64,000 nucleotides of DNA, taken from Pyrinomonadaceae bacterium (GTDB taxonomy: Bacteria; Acidobacteriota; Blastocatellia; Pyrinomonadales; Pyrinomonadaceae). The DNA lies in NCBI GenBank assembly GCA_046313635.1, contig JBKBYA010000003.1:160001-224000 (forward strand). Direction: 5' to 3'. How positions within the stretch are numbered: position 1 is the stretch's first letter; every line of letters starts with the position of its first letter. The translations under genes were made by a program, and so were the position numbers. Below, in pieces: positions 38,563 to 48,436 of this stretch. The notes under the pieces are model-generated. The model did no database searches, was not told where the DNA came from, and worked only from the letters and a program-made list of their open reading frames with translations.

Positions 38563-40020
38563 ATGAAGCTCTCAGATCTCACCCAGCTTCTAACTCTCCG
38601 CGATATTCGCAACGCGATCCTCGGTCTGTCGGTCATCATCGGCGGGCTTGGGCTGACGCTGTTCACGCTGTGGGCGGCGCGCAGCGGCGACGCGCGTCTG
38701 GCGGGCATCTCGGCGGCGGTCTCGCTGCTCTTCGTCGTCGTGATCATCATCTTTGTCGTCCCGCCGCTTGCTCGCAACGCGCGGCGCGAGACGTCGCAGA
38801 TGAATCTGCCTTTCGAGTTCACGGCCGGCGGTGCGATCGTTCTCGGGCTGATCGCGATCGTCGGATTTTCGGCCTGGAATACAGGCAACAATCTTCTGTT
38901 CCTTGTGCTCTCGTTCCTCACGGCGGCGATGATCGTCGGGTTCGTCGCCGGCAGCATCTCGCTCAAAAAGCTCGACGTCAGGATGCGCTTTCCCGAGACG
39001 ATCTTTGCCGGGCAGGAGACGCCGATCATGGTCAGCATCCAGAATCGCAAGCGTCTTTTTGGAAGCTATTCGGTCGTCGCCGAAGTGCGCGGCCGCGAGC
39101 GTGAGCGTTCGATCGCGGCCGACGATCTCGAGCAGCTGCTGCCGCATAAGATGGCCGCATGGCTGTCAAAGCCGCCGCTTGTGCGACGGACGCTCGGGCA
39201 TTTCGTGTTCGTCCCGCGCCGCGAGACCGTCGAGCAGCGGACGGTCCACGTTTTTGAGCGGCGCGGGCGGTTCACGATCAAGGATTTTGAGCTCTCGACA
39301 AAGTTTCCATTTGGTTTTTTCAGACACAGGAGGCGTTTGCCCGCGCGCGAGACCGAGCTTATCGTGTTTCCAGAGCCGGCGCCGCTCGGCGTCGATCTCG
39401 AGGTCGGGCCGCTCGACGCCGGAGCTCTCGCGGTCAATCGCCGCGGCCTGGGGCACGACCTTTTGGCGCTGCGTGACTATCAGCCGAATGACGACCTTCG
39501 CCGCGTCGACTGGAAGGCGACGGCGCGTTCGCGCCGTCTGACCGTCCGCGAATACACCGCCGAGGACGACCGCCGTGTCACGATCATTTTCGACCTGCGA
39601 ATGCCGTCGGCGGCGGCGCTCGGCATCAGCCTGCGCGACAAGCTTGAGGCAGAACAAAAAGGCTCGCTGCTGCCGGTCTCGGCTAGATTCGAGCACGGGG
39701 TCGGCGTTGCCGCGGCCGTGCTGACGCATTTTACCGAGCAGCAGGCCGAGATCGAGTTCATCGTCGGCGGCGAACGCGGCGAGCCCGGCATCGGGCCGCG
39801 CCATTTGTACGACTGCCTGCGCCGCTTAGCGGCGGTCGAGCCGCAATTTATCGTCGACGAAAATTTGGTGAGCGAACCTGCCCACGATCTGACGCGTATT
39901 GAGGGTGACACCGACGACCCGCGCCGGTCACGCTTTTTGATCACCGCTTTTGAGCCTGACGGCGGCGGACGTCACGGCTCCGAGACGCCCTCGGCGCCGG
40001 TGCAGGTGATCACATTCTGA
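38563..40020 (+). CDS. DUF58 membrane protein (MoxR partner)
   Basis: N-terminal TM helices, NTGNNLL, FPFG, LRDYQPNDDLRRVDWKATAR. Confidence 0.9.
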   Translation: MKLSDLTQLLTLRDIRNAILGLSVIIGGLGLTLFTLWAARSGDARLAGISAAVSLLFVVVIIIFVVPPLARNARRETSQMNLPFEFTAGGAIVLGLIAIVGFSAWNTGNNLLFLVLSFLTAAMIVGFVAGSISLKKLDVRMRFPETIFAGQETPIMVSIQNRKRLFGSYSVVAEVRGRERERSIAADDLEQLLPHKMAAWLSKPPLVRRTLGHFVFVPRRETVEQRTVHVFERRGRFTIKDFELSTKFPFGFFRHRRRLPARETELIVFPEPAPLGVDLEVGPLDAGALAVNRRGLGHDLLALRDYQPNDDLRRVDWKATARSRRLTVREYTAEDDRRVTIIFDLRMPSAAALGISLRDKLEAEQKGSLLPVSARFEHGVGVAAAVLTHFTEQQAEIEFIVGGERGEPGIGPRHLYDCLRRLAAVEPQFIVDENLVSEPAHDLTRIEGDTDDPRRSRFLITAFEPDGGGRHGSETPSAPVQVITF

Positions 40021-40090
40021 GGCTCAAATTCTTGTCATAATTCAGTTTCGGGCGGTGTATTGATGTCAGAAGGCATTGATCGATGCTGTA

Positions 40091-40669
40091 ATGAGCGAGA
40101 GTTCGATAAATCTTGTGGACATAATGTCCGAGCAAACGGCGACGTCGCAGGCTACCGAGGAAAAGATCGAGTTTGATGAGGCTTTTACGCTTTATCACCG
40201 CACGGTCTTTCGCGCGGCGAACTCGGTCGTCCGCGATCCGGGCCTCGCCGAGGACGTGACGCAGGAGGTCTTTTTGCGGCTCTACAAGCACATCGATTCG
40301 GTGTCGGACCGCGAGATGCTGCGGCCCTGGCTCGTAAGGGTCGCGATAAATGTTGCAAGGAACACGGTTCGCGGTAATATTAGGGCGAACACCCGCGAGG
40401 AGAACTACGTCAAAGGATCAGGCGAGCAGTCGGCGGCGTCGGTCGAGATCGATTACGAGGAATATGCCGGCGTCAACGAGATCTACCGGGCGTTGAATAA
40501 GATCAAAGAGCCCTTGCGGAGCTGCCTCATGCTCAGACAGCAGGGCCTGTCGTACAAGGAGATCGCCGGCAGCCTTTCGCTCAACGAGTCGAGCATCGGG
40601 ACGTACGTCGCACGAGCAAGGCAGGAATTTGCGAAGTACTACGGCAGGACAGGGAAGAGCGGCTTATGA
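40091..40669 (+). CDS. ECF sigma factor
   Basis: AEDVTQEVFLRL, WLVRVAIN, GLSYKEIA; start could be TTG at 40076. Confidence 0.92.
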   Translation: MSESSINLVDIMSEQTATSQATEEKIEFDEAFTLYHRTVFRAANSVVRDPGLAEDVTQEVFLRLYKHIDSVSDREMLRPWLVRVAINVARNTVRGNIRANTREENYVKGSGEQSAASVEIDYEEYAGVNEIYRALNKIKEPLRSCLMLRQQGLSYKEIAGSLSLNESSIGTYVARARQEFAKYYGRTGKSGL

Positions 40670-41556
40670 AGCGAGATTGTTTGGACATCGGTACGATTCA
40701 GGCGTTCCTGGACGGTGAGCTCACGCAGCTCGAGTCGGCGAGCGTCTCGGCCCATGTCGCGGCGTGCGACGCTTGTGCCCTCGCTCTGGCCGACGCCGAG
40801 GAAGAATCGGCATTCGTCTTTTCGGCGCTCGACGGCGAGCTCAATACGCTGGTCCCGACGCAGCGGCTCTGGACCCGCATCAACGAGTCGATCGAGGAGC
40901 AGCGTCACCGCGCGCCGGTCTGGCAAAAAGTTTGGGGTCTATTCTCTCCGCTGCTGATGACGCCGTCATTGGCCGCCGCCGCGGTGATCGTTGTTGTCTT
41001 TGGTGTTTCGGTCGTCGTCTTTATCGACCGCGACGCCGACGTGGCCCCGGCGATCGCCCACTCACCGTCGCGGCCGGCAGACACCCGCACGCCGCAGCAA
41101 TTGGCGGCGCTTCCCGGTTCGAAGATCGAAGCGGCGCCTGACCTCGACGTCCCTGCTGAGCGCGAGGCCGTGCCGGCAAGGGTGTACGCGCGAGCAGAAG
41201 GCGAACGCGCGTCACGGCCGTCGCCTGCCGTGTTCAGGACAATGTCGGGAGCCGTGCGGCCCGCGTCGGCAGGAGCCGCATATCTGCCCGGCGAGGAGAG
41301 CTACGTCAAGACCATCGCGACGCTCAGCCGCACGCTAGGCGGCGAACGAGGCTCGGTGATGCGCCCGTCGGAGCAGGTCGCGTACGCCCGCGATCTGGCC
41401 CTGGTCAACGATTCGATCGAGCGGATGCGTCGCGAGGTGCGAAAGAACCCGAAGAACGAGACCGCACGCCAGGTGCTCTACGCGTCCTATCAGAACAAGA
41501 TCGATCTGCTCAATTCGGTCGCCCAGCGCGAGGAGCTGGTCGCCAGCGTCAAGTGA
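40666..41556 (+). CDS. Zinc-binding (zf-HC2) membrane anti-sigma factor
   Basis: FLDGEL...HVAACDAC, one TM helix; ATGA-coupled to the sigma gene. Confidence 0.9.
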   Translation: MKRDCLDIGTIQAFLDGELTQLESASVSAHVAACDACALALADAEEESAFVFSALDGELNTLVPTQRLWTRINESIEEQRHRAPVWQKVWGLFSPLLMTPSLAAAAVIVVVFGVSVVVFIDRDADVAPAIAHSPSRPADTRTPQQLAALPGSKIEAAPDLDVPAEREAVPARVYARAEGERASRPSPAVFRTMSGAVRPASAGAAYLPGEESYVKTIATLSRTLGGERGSVMRPSEQVAYARDLALVNDSIERMRREVRKNPKNETARQVLYASYQNKIDLLNSVAQREELVASVK

Positions 41557-41574
41557 TCGCGGCGGCAAAAGTGA

Positions 41575-42636
41575 ATGAGGTTTCCGAAAGCAAAATTCTA
41601 TCTTTTCTGCACGCTGATGGTGTGCGCCGCGACGCTCCGGCTCGCCGCGCAGGACCCGCCGGCCAGGCCGCCGACCGGTAAGGACGCCACGACCGTCAAG
41701 CCCGCGCCCCGCACGCCGCCGGTCGATAAAACGTCACCGGCTCCTCCGCCCTGGCCCGCCGACGGCGACCGCGGCGATCACGAGCGGTCGATCGCCGTCG
41801 ATCAAAAGGTCAACGTGCAGATGTGCATCACAGAGGGCAGCGTCAAGATAAACGGCTGGGCGCGCGATGAGGTCCGCGTCTTTGTCCGCGGCGGCAGCTC
41901 GGTCGGCTTCAAGATACTTCAAAAGAGTCCGCGGTCGGGCAGCCCGGTGTGGATCATGCTGCTCAATGCTCCGCCCAAGGGAATGGCCGGCCCGATAACC
42001 GAGTGCCTCTCCGGCGACGAGATCGAGATCGACGTTCCGGCCGAGGCGGTCGTCAAGCTTAAGGGCCGCGAGACCCGCGTCGCGATCGAGGGCATCCGCA
42101 AGGCATGGGTCGAGGTCGGCGGCGGCGACATTTCGGTGCGGGACGTTTCAGACGGCGTCACCGCAACGACCTTTGAAGGCGACGTGATGGTCGGTGATTC
42201 GCAGGGAGCGATCAATCTGCAGACGACGAGCGGCAACATCGTCGCATTCGGTGCCTCGCCCGGCCAGGTCGGCGATTCGTTCAAGGCCAAGACGCATAGC
42301 GGTGCGATAGTGCTCGAGCGGCTCGACTTCAGACAGATCGAGGTCAATTCGATCTCCGGGACGCTGGTCTACAACGGCAGGTTCGAGAGCGGCGGACTTT
42401 ACACCTTCGGCACGCAGAACGGCACGATCTCGCTCGTCGTGCCAGCCGACTCGTCGGCGACGGTCTCGGCGACCTACGGCTTTGGCGACTTTAGCAGCGA
42501 ACTCCCGCTCAAGGACGTGCAGAAGGTCGGCGGGGCCGGCCCGCGCGGGCTGACCGCTTCGCTCGGCCCGGGCGGCGATGCAAAGCTCAACATCTCAACC
42601 ACCAACGGAACGATCCGCATCCGCAAGCAGCAGTAA
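41575..42636 (+). CDS. DUF4097 beta-strand repeat secreted protein
   Basis: Signal peptide; repeated TxxGxI units (TTSGNI, THSGAI, TQNGTI, TTNGTI). Confidence 0.85.
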   Translation: MRFPKAKFYLFCTLMVCAATLRLAAQDPPARPPTGKDATTVKPAPRTPPVDKTSPAPPPWPADGDRGDHERSIAVDQKVNVQMCITEGSVKINGWARDEVRVFVRGGSSVGFKILQKSPRSGSPVWIMLLNAPPKGMAGPITECLSGDEIEIDVPAEAVVKLKGRETRVAIEGIRKAWVEVGGGDISVRDVSDGVTATTFEGDVMVGDSQGAINLQTTSGNIVAFGASPGQVGDSFKAKTHSGAIVLERLDFRQIEVNSISGTLVYNGRFESGGLYTFGTQNGTISLVVPADSSATVSATYGFGDFSSELPLKDVQKVGGAGPRGLTASLGPGGDAKLNISTTNGTIRIRKQQ

Positions 42637-42651
42637 ATTCCGTTCTCGTAT

Positions 42652-42948
42652 TTAGACGTCCGTCAGGCTGCGGCCGGTTCGCGACGCGAACTGCTCGGCC
42701 ATCGACGGTATCTCGCCGCTTCGCTCGTCGCGGGTCATCCGCTCGACGCGCCACATCGGAAAGAATTGGTCCGACATGCTCAGGTAACTTTCGCCCGCGG
42801 CGACCGAGCGGCTCCAGTCATCGAAGTATTCGAGGTCGATGACCCGCGCCGAGATGCCGGCTGTCGAAACCTCGCCGAGCACGCCCACGAGCTTTTCGCG
42901 AGGGCTGTGCAGGATGATCGTCACGATGTCGCCCGATGTAAATGGCAT
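42652..42948 (-). CDS. Small hypothetical protein
   Basis: LHSPREKLVG...FFPMWRVER; host-like codon usage. Confidence 0.75.
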   Translation of the reverse strand: MPFTSGDIVTIILHSPREKLVGVLGEVSTAGISARVIDLEYFDDWSRSVAAGESYLSMSDQFFPMWRVERMTRDERSGEIPSMAEQFASRTGRSLTDV

Positions 42949-42954
42949 GGAGCA

Positions 42955-43149
42955 GTCGGTGGTCAGTGGTCGGTGGTCGGTGGTCGGTGGTCAGTGGTCG
43001 GTGGTCGGTGGTCAGTGGTCAGTGGTCAGAAAATTCAAAAAACCAAAAACCAAAAACAAAAGACCAATGACAAATGACCAATGACAAATGACCAATGACC
43101 AATGACAAATGACAAATCCCCAAATCGCAAATCCAAAATCGCAAATCCC
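42955..43149. repeat. Inverted pair of heptamer tandem arrays
   Basis: (GGTCRGT)n at 42955-43029, then (AATGACM)n and (AAATCSM)n to 43149. Confidence 0.9.
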
Positions 43150-43197
43150 GTTCCGATTATTCTAAACTTGTCACATCGGCAAATGTAGTCCGCGGCT

Positions 43198-45852
43198 ATG
43201 CATATTTCAAAGGTCGAGCTTGAGAATATCAAGTCCCACGCCTCAACTACCTTCGACTTCTCGCCGGGCACGACCGCGATCACAGGCGAAAACGGAGCGG
43301 GCAAGACGACGATCATCGAGGCGATCGCATGGGCTCTCTTTGACGTGCTCGAATACAAAAAGGACGAGTTTGTCCGCCGCGGAGCGCAGAAGGGCAGTGT
43401 GCGCGTCACATTCGAGAGCGGCCTCGACGAGCGCGAGTATCAGGTCTACCGCGACACCGCGACGGGCTATTACGTTTACGACCCCGCGATACAGACGCGC
43501 ATCGCAAACAAAAAAGAAGAGGTCACGCGATTTCTCTGGCAGCATCTCGGTCTCGAGCCGGGCACGGATCTGCGAGCGCTCTTTCGCGAGGCCGTCGGCG
43601 TGCCGCAGGGAACCCTGACCGCCGTCTTTCTGGCGACGCCGACCGAGCGCAAGGCGACATTCGACCGCCTGCTCAAGGTCGAGGAGTATCGCCAGGCCGC
43701 CGAAAAGCTGCGCGAGACGGCAAGGTACGTCGAGCAGCAGATCACGATCGTCGATCTCGCGATCGCGCGTGCCGAGGGCGAACTTGCTCGTGAGGATGCG
43801 GTCGCCGACGAGCTGCGCTCGGTGCGAGCGACACGCGAAGACCTTGTCGAGCGCATCGCGCAGCTTGAGAGTTCGGCCGCCGAGGCCGCGGGCCGGATCA
43901 AAGAACTAGACCTGCAGGAGCAAAAGATCGCCGAGCTCAGCGCGGCCGCCGAGAGCGCCCGCGCCGAGCGGCAAAAGGCCGAGCTGCTCCTCGCGCAGTG
44001 CCAGAACGAGCTCGACCAGTCGCGTGCGGCGGCGGCCGAGATCGAGAGCGTCCGCCGAGACTCGGCGCGGCACGTAGAGGCTCTCGGCCGGCTCAAAGAG
44101 CTCGAACGCGAACGCGGCGAGCGTGACCGCCTGCGCGACGAGCTGCAAAAGGTCGAAAGGGCCGAGGCGCTCGTTCGCGCCGACGAAAAGCGTGTCGGCT
44201 CCGAGCTCGACGCAGCCCAAAAGGCCCGGGCGGCCATTGCCGATCTGAAGCCGCTCGTCCCAGAGCAGGCGCGGCTCGAGAGAGAGGTCGAGCGGCTTCG
44301 CGACGAGCTCGCGCGAGCACGCGCCGTCGAGGGGCAGATCAGAAGTCTCGACGAACGGCTCGGCCGGCTTCGCGACGCATACAGGGCGAATCAGATCGAG
44401 CTGCGAGAGACCGAGGCGAGATCTGCCGCGGCCGCTCGCCTCGCCGATCTCGAGACGCGCGACGCGGCGCTTGTGCGGCGGCTAGCCGAGCTGCGTGCCA
44501 CGCTCGAGCGCGACGAGCGGCTGCAGAGCGAGATACGCGACGGCCTGTGCCCGATACTCGCCGAACGCTGCCGCAACCTCGATAACGGCCGCACGCTCGA
44601 GGGATTTATCCGCGAACAGTTTGCCGAGCTCCGGTCGCAGATCGGCACGCTCGAGGTCGAGCACGCGGGCATCGCTTCGGAGCTCAAGGCGGCGCGTGCC
44701 GCCGACCGGCATTCAAAGGCGCTCGAGACGCTGCGGCGGCGAGAGAGCGAATTGTCGGGCGAGGGCAAATGTCTGCGCGACGAGCGCGCGGCGCTCGAGC
44801 GCCAGCTCGCCGACATCGCCGCTCTCGAGGCCGATCTGGCGGCGGCCGAGGCCGAGCTCGCGCGGCTCGACAGCCCGCGAACTCATATCGAATTTTACGA
44901 GCGTCAGGCGGCGGCCGAGCCGCGGCTTCGCGAGGAGCTCTCTGCCGTCGAAAAGAATCTCGAGCGCCTCGAGAGCGACCGGCGGATCCTCGTCGAGCAG
45001 ATCGATGTGTACAAGGACCTCGACGAGCAGTGGACGCGCCTCACGGCCGAACGCGACGCAACGGCCGCCGCGCACCGGACATTTATCGCCAACGAGCGGC
45101 TCGCCGCCGCGCTCGCTGAACGAGAAGCGAAGCAGAACGAGGCCCGCGAAAGGCTGGCGAGCTGCGAGAGCTCATTCGAGCGGGCCTCCCGATCGCTCGC
45201 CGACGAGTGCGCAAACTACGATCGCGACGCGCACGCCAGAGCGCGCGTCGAGCTCGCCGATCTCAGTTCGCAGATCGCCTCGGCCTCGGCGACGCTCGAG
45301 ATCACGAACGCACGCGAAGGGCAGCTCTCGGGCGAGCTCAGCAGGCTGACCGAGCTGCGCGCGTCGCTTCGCGGCGAGTACGCGCAAAAGGAGCGGCTCG
45401 AGAGGACGGCCGAGACGACCGCCTTTATCCGCGACACGCTCCGCGAGGCCGCGCCGCGCGTGGCAAAGAATTACGTTCACTTCGTCTCGCTCGAGGCCAA
45501 TCAGCTCTACCGCGAGATCTCGGGCAAGCTCGAGCAGTCGCTCGAGTGGTCGGAGGATTACGGCATCTTTATCGACGAGGAAGGCTTCAAGCGGCCCTTT
45601 GTCAGTCTCTCGGGCGGCGAGCAGATGGCCGCGGCGCTCGCGGTCAGGCTCGCGATACTGAAGCAACTCTCAGACATTCGCATCGCATTCTTTGACGAGC
45701 CGACGACCAATATGGACGCCGCCCGCCGCGAGAATCTCGCGCAGGAGATCAGCCGGATCAAGAACTTTGACCAGCTCTTTGTCATCTCGCACGACGACAC
45801 GTTCGAGGGATATGTCGATCAGACGGTGCGGGTGTCAGAACCCGCTGCGTAA
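43198..45852 (+). CDS. sbcC: SbcC/Rad50-like SMC ATPase
   Basis: GENGAGKTT, coiled coil, central CPILAERC, LSGGE, FFDEPT, ISH. Confidence 0.85.
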   Translation: MHISKVELENIKSHASTTFDFSPGTTAITGENGAGKTTIIEAIAWALFDVLEYKKDEFVRRGAQKGSVRVTFESGLDEREYQVYRDTATGYYVYDPAIQTRIANKKEEVTRFLWQHLGLEPGTDLRALFREAVGVPQGTLTAVFLATPTERKATFDRLLKVEEYRQAAEKLRETARYVEQQITIVDLAIARAEGELAREDAVADELRSVRATREDLVERIAQLESSAAEAAGRIKELDLQEQKIAELSAAAESARAERQKAELLLAQCQNELDQSRAAAAEIESVRRDSARHVEALGRLKELERERGERDRLRDELQKVERAEALVRADEKRVGSELDAAQKARAAIADLKPLVPEQARLEREVERLRDELARARAVEGQIRSLDERLGRLRDAYRANQIELRETEARSAAAARLADLETRDAALVRRLAELRATLERDERLQSEIRDGLCPILAERCRNLDNGRTLEGFIREQFAELRSQIGTLEVEHAGIASELKAARAADRHSKALETLRRRESELSGEGKCLRDERAALERQLADIAALEADLAAAEAELARLDSPRTHIEFYERQAAAEPRLREELSAVEKNLERLESDRRILVEQIDVYKDLDEQWTRLTAERDATAAAHRTFIANERLAAALAEREAKQNEARERLASCESSFERASRSLADECANYDRDAHARARVELADLSSQIASASATLEITNAREGQLSGELSRLTELRASLRGEYAQKERLERTAETTAFIRDTLREAAPRVAKNYVHFVSLEANQLYREISGKLEQSLEWSEDYGIFIDEEGFKRPFVSLSGGEQMAAALAVRLAILKQLSDIRIAFFDEPTTNMDAARRENLAQEISRIKNFDQLFVISHDDTFEGYVDQTVRVSEPAA

Positions 45853-45941
45853 GCGGCGGGCCAGTTTGTTGGTTGTCCGCGACCGACAGCGTACTGACCG
45901 TCCGACGGAACTGGACGCCCGCTAACGCAGGCGGTTCTGAC
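45834..45941. repeat. REP-like inverted doublet
   Basis: GTCAGAACCCGCTGCGTAAGCGG...CCAGTT pairs imperfectly with AACTGG...CCGCTAACGCAGGCGGTTCTGAC. Confidence 0.75.
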
Positions 45942-45952
45942 TTTTGATCATC

Positions 45953-46411
45953 ATGAAACATGTAACCATCGTCTGCGACGGATCGAGCCTCGGCAACGGG
46001 CGCGGAGAGACCCGCGCCGCGGCCGTCGCGGTGCTCGGCTTCAAGGGGCTTTGGAAGGCGGTCGGCGAGTATCTCGGCAACGCGACCAACCAGCAGGCCG
46101 AGATCGCCGCCGCGACGATCGGGCTCAAGCAGCTCAAGGAGCCGTGCCGCGTGCGCGTGCTGAGCGATTCGCGTTACGTCGTCGAGACGATGACCGGCAA
46201 CTTTCGCAAAAAGACCAACCACGACTGGTGGGCAAGATTAGAAAAGGCCGCATCTCCACATACGATCGAGTGGGAGTGGCTCAAGGGCCACGCCGGCCAC
46301 GCCGTGCAGGAGGTCGCCGACAAGACGGCCCGCAAGATCGCCTCGATGGGACGTGTCGACGAGACGCTGCTCGCCGAGGCCGCCGCCGATATCGGCGTGC
46401 TTGAACTATAA
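45953..46411 (+). CDS. rnhA: Ribonuclease HI
   Basis: CDGSSLGN, TNQQAEI, SDSRYV, WLKGHAGH, AD. Confidence 0.92.
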   Translation: MKHVTIVCDGSSLGNGRGETRAAAVAVLGFKGLWKAVGEYLGNATNQQAEIAAATIGLKQLKEPCRVRVLSDSRYVVETMTGNFRKKTNHDWWARLEKAASPHTIEWEWLKGHAGHAVQEVADKTARKIASMGRVDETLLAEAAADIGVLEL

Positions 46412-46438
46412 TCATCACGACGCTCCTTACTTCTGCAG

Positions 46439-48436
46439 ATGAATTCGAGCCCGCTCGCCGCATTGGTCCGTCAGTCTCTCACCGCGCTTGCCGCGTCGAC
46501 GATCGTCGCGCTCGCGGTGGTATCGAATGCGGCCGCCCAGCAGCGGAGCATTCAGGGCTGGACGTGGCAAAATCCGGCGCCGCAGGGCAACACTCTGCTC
46601 GCGATCCACTTTGCGCGCGACGGCCAGACCGGCTACGCGGTCGGCGCCGACAAGACCATCCTCGCGACCGCGGACGGCGGGTTTGCGTGGCAGCAGCTCT
46701 TTTCGCCGGTTGACGTAAATCTCTCGGGCGTATTTGTCCGCGACCGACGCAACGCGGTCGTCGTCGGCGCGCGCGGAACGATACTGATAACCGACAACGG
46801 CCGCGAATGGCGCCGGGTACCGGTCGAGAGCCGCGATCATTTTTACGGCGTGACATTCGCGGGCGAACGGATGCTGACCGGCTGGGTCGTCGGCACATAC
46901 GGCCGCATCCTCAAGACCCGCGACGGCGGCGAGAATTGGACCGATCAGCCCTCGGGCACGACCGAGCACCTCACCGGCATATCCGCCGCCGACGAGCAGC
47001 ACGCGCTGGCCGTCGGCGCCGCGGGGAGCGTGCTGCTGACGAGCAGCGGCGGAGCGGCGTGGACGTCGTCGCGGCCCTGCGGCGACAACGCACGCGTGAC
47101 CGCGGCCCATTTGCTCTCGGCGTCAAATGCCGTCGCGGTCGGCACCGGCGGCTGCGTCGCGCGCAGTTCGGACGCCGGAGCGACATGGGAGCGCGTCGAG
47201 ACCTTTAATCGCGCCGACTATCTCGCGATATCGTTCGCCGACGCCAAACGCGGCGGTGCCGTCGATTCGTCCGGCACGGTCTGGCTGACCGGCGACGGCG
47301 GAGCGACGTGGCTGCCATTCGCCGTGCGGACGTCGCCGCGGCTCGAAGATCTATTCTTCTCACCCGGCTCCCGCATCGGCTGGGCCGTCGGCGAGAACGG
47401 CCTCATCGTTCGCACGGATGACGGCGGATTCAGCTGGCAGCGTCTGACGGGCGGCGGCCGCGACGACGTCGCCGATCTCTTATTTCTCGACGAGAATTAC
47501 GGGATCGCCGTCGGCGCCCGCGGCCGCATCCTGCTTACCGACAACGGCGGCGACGTCTGGTACCCGGTCTATTCGGAGACGAGCGCAAATCTGAATTCAA
47601 TATCCTTTGTCAATTTGCAGCGTGGCTGGATAGTCGGCGACGGCGGCACGGTGCTGCGCACGATCAACGCCGGTGCGAGCTGGGGCAAGGGCTTGTCCGG
47701 CGTGAGCGAGGACCTCTTTGGCGTCGACTTTGCCGACGAAAGGATCGGCGTCGCCGTCGGGGCCAACGGAATGATCATCCGCAGCGACTCGTCGGGAGCG
47801 TACTGGCGGCAGGTCGAGTCGGGCACCCGCGCGTGGCTCGAGGACGTGAAGTTCGCCGACCAGAATGTCGCGGTCGCCATCGGCGACGGCGGCACGATCA
47901 TCCGCAGCACGGACGGCGGAGCGACATGGCAAAAGGTCAGCCTGCGAATAAGGGCCGACCTCCATTCGCTGAGCTTCTACGACGAGAGGACGGGCTACGC
48001 CGTCGGGTCGGGCGGCACGATCCTCAGGACCGACGACGGCGGCGCGACCTGGAACTTGCAGGAGTCGGCCTCGGGCGCAGATCTCTACGCCGTCTCGGCC
48101 GCGGGCCGCAACGCCGCGATCGCGGTCGGAGCGCTCGGCACCGTGCTCGTCACGACAAACGGCGGCGAGCGTTGGGAGTCGCAGCCGACCGTCACGGGCA
48201 AGCTGCTGCAGGCCGTCGCATTTCTCGGCGAGCGCCGATTATGGATCGCCGGCCGCGGCGGATCCATCATCCGACGGACCGAACCTCTCACGCCCGGCAC
48301 GATCAAGTCGCCGGGCCTGCCGCCCGTTCTGCGCTCGGCGGCGGGGCGTTCGCGGCCCAAGCCGCGCGTGCCGCTCGTCACGATCCCCGACGACGGCGAC
48401 ATCGCTCCCGCGATCAAACCAAAAGGCGATAATTAA
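46439..48436 (+). CDS. YCF48/BNR-repeat secreted beta-propeller protein
   Basis: Signal peptide; many G.VG..G.ILRTxDGGxxW repeats. Confidence 0.9.
   Translation: MNSSPLAALVRQSLTALAASTIVALAVVSNAAAQQRSIQGWTWQNPAPQGNTLLAIHFARDGQTGYAVGADKTILATADGGFAWQQLFSPVDVNLSGVFVRDRRNAVVVGARGTILITDNGREWRRVPVESRDHFYGVTFAGERMLTGWVVGTYGRILKTRDGGENWTDQPSGTTEHLTGISAADEQHALAVGAAGSVLLTSSGGAAWTSSRPCGDNARVTAAHLLSASNAVAVGTGGCVARSSDAGATWERVETFNRADYLAISFADAKRGGAVDSSGTVWLTGDGGATWLPFAVRTSPRLEDLFFSPGSRIGWAVGENGLIVRTDDGGFSWQRLTGGGRDDVADLLFLDENYGIAVGARGRILLTDNGGDVWYPVYSETSANLNSISFVNLQRGWIVGDGGTVLRTINAGASWGKGLSGVSEDLFGVDFADERIGVAVGANGMIIRSDSSGAYWRQVESGTRAWLEDVKFADQNVAVAIGDGGTIIRSTDGGATWQKVSLRIRADLHSLSFYDERTGYAVGSGGTILRTDDGGATWNLQESASGADLYAVSAAGRNAAIAVGALGTVLVTTNGGERWESQPTVTGKLLQAVAFLGERRLWIAGRGGSIIRRTEPLTPGTIKSPGLPPVLRSAAGRSRPKPRVPLVTIPDDGDIAPAIKPKGDN

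Noticed and set aside
37557..42636. MoxR-DUF58 and ECF-anti-sigma-DUF4097 as a novel system
   Set aside because: Both are common, previously described gene arrangements.
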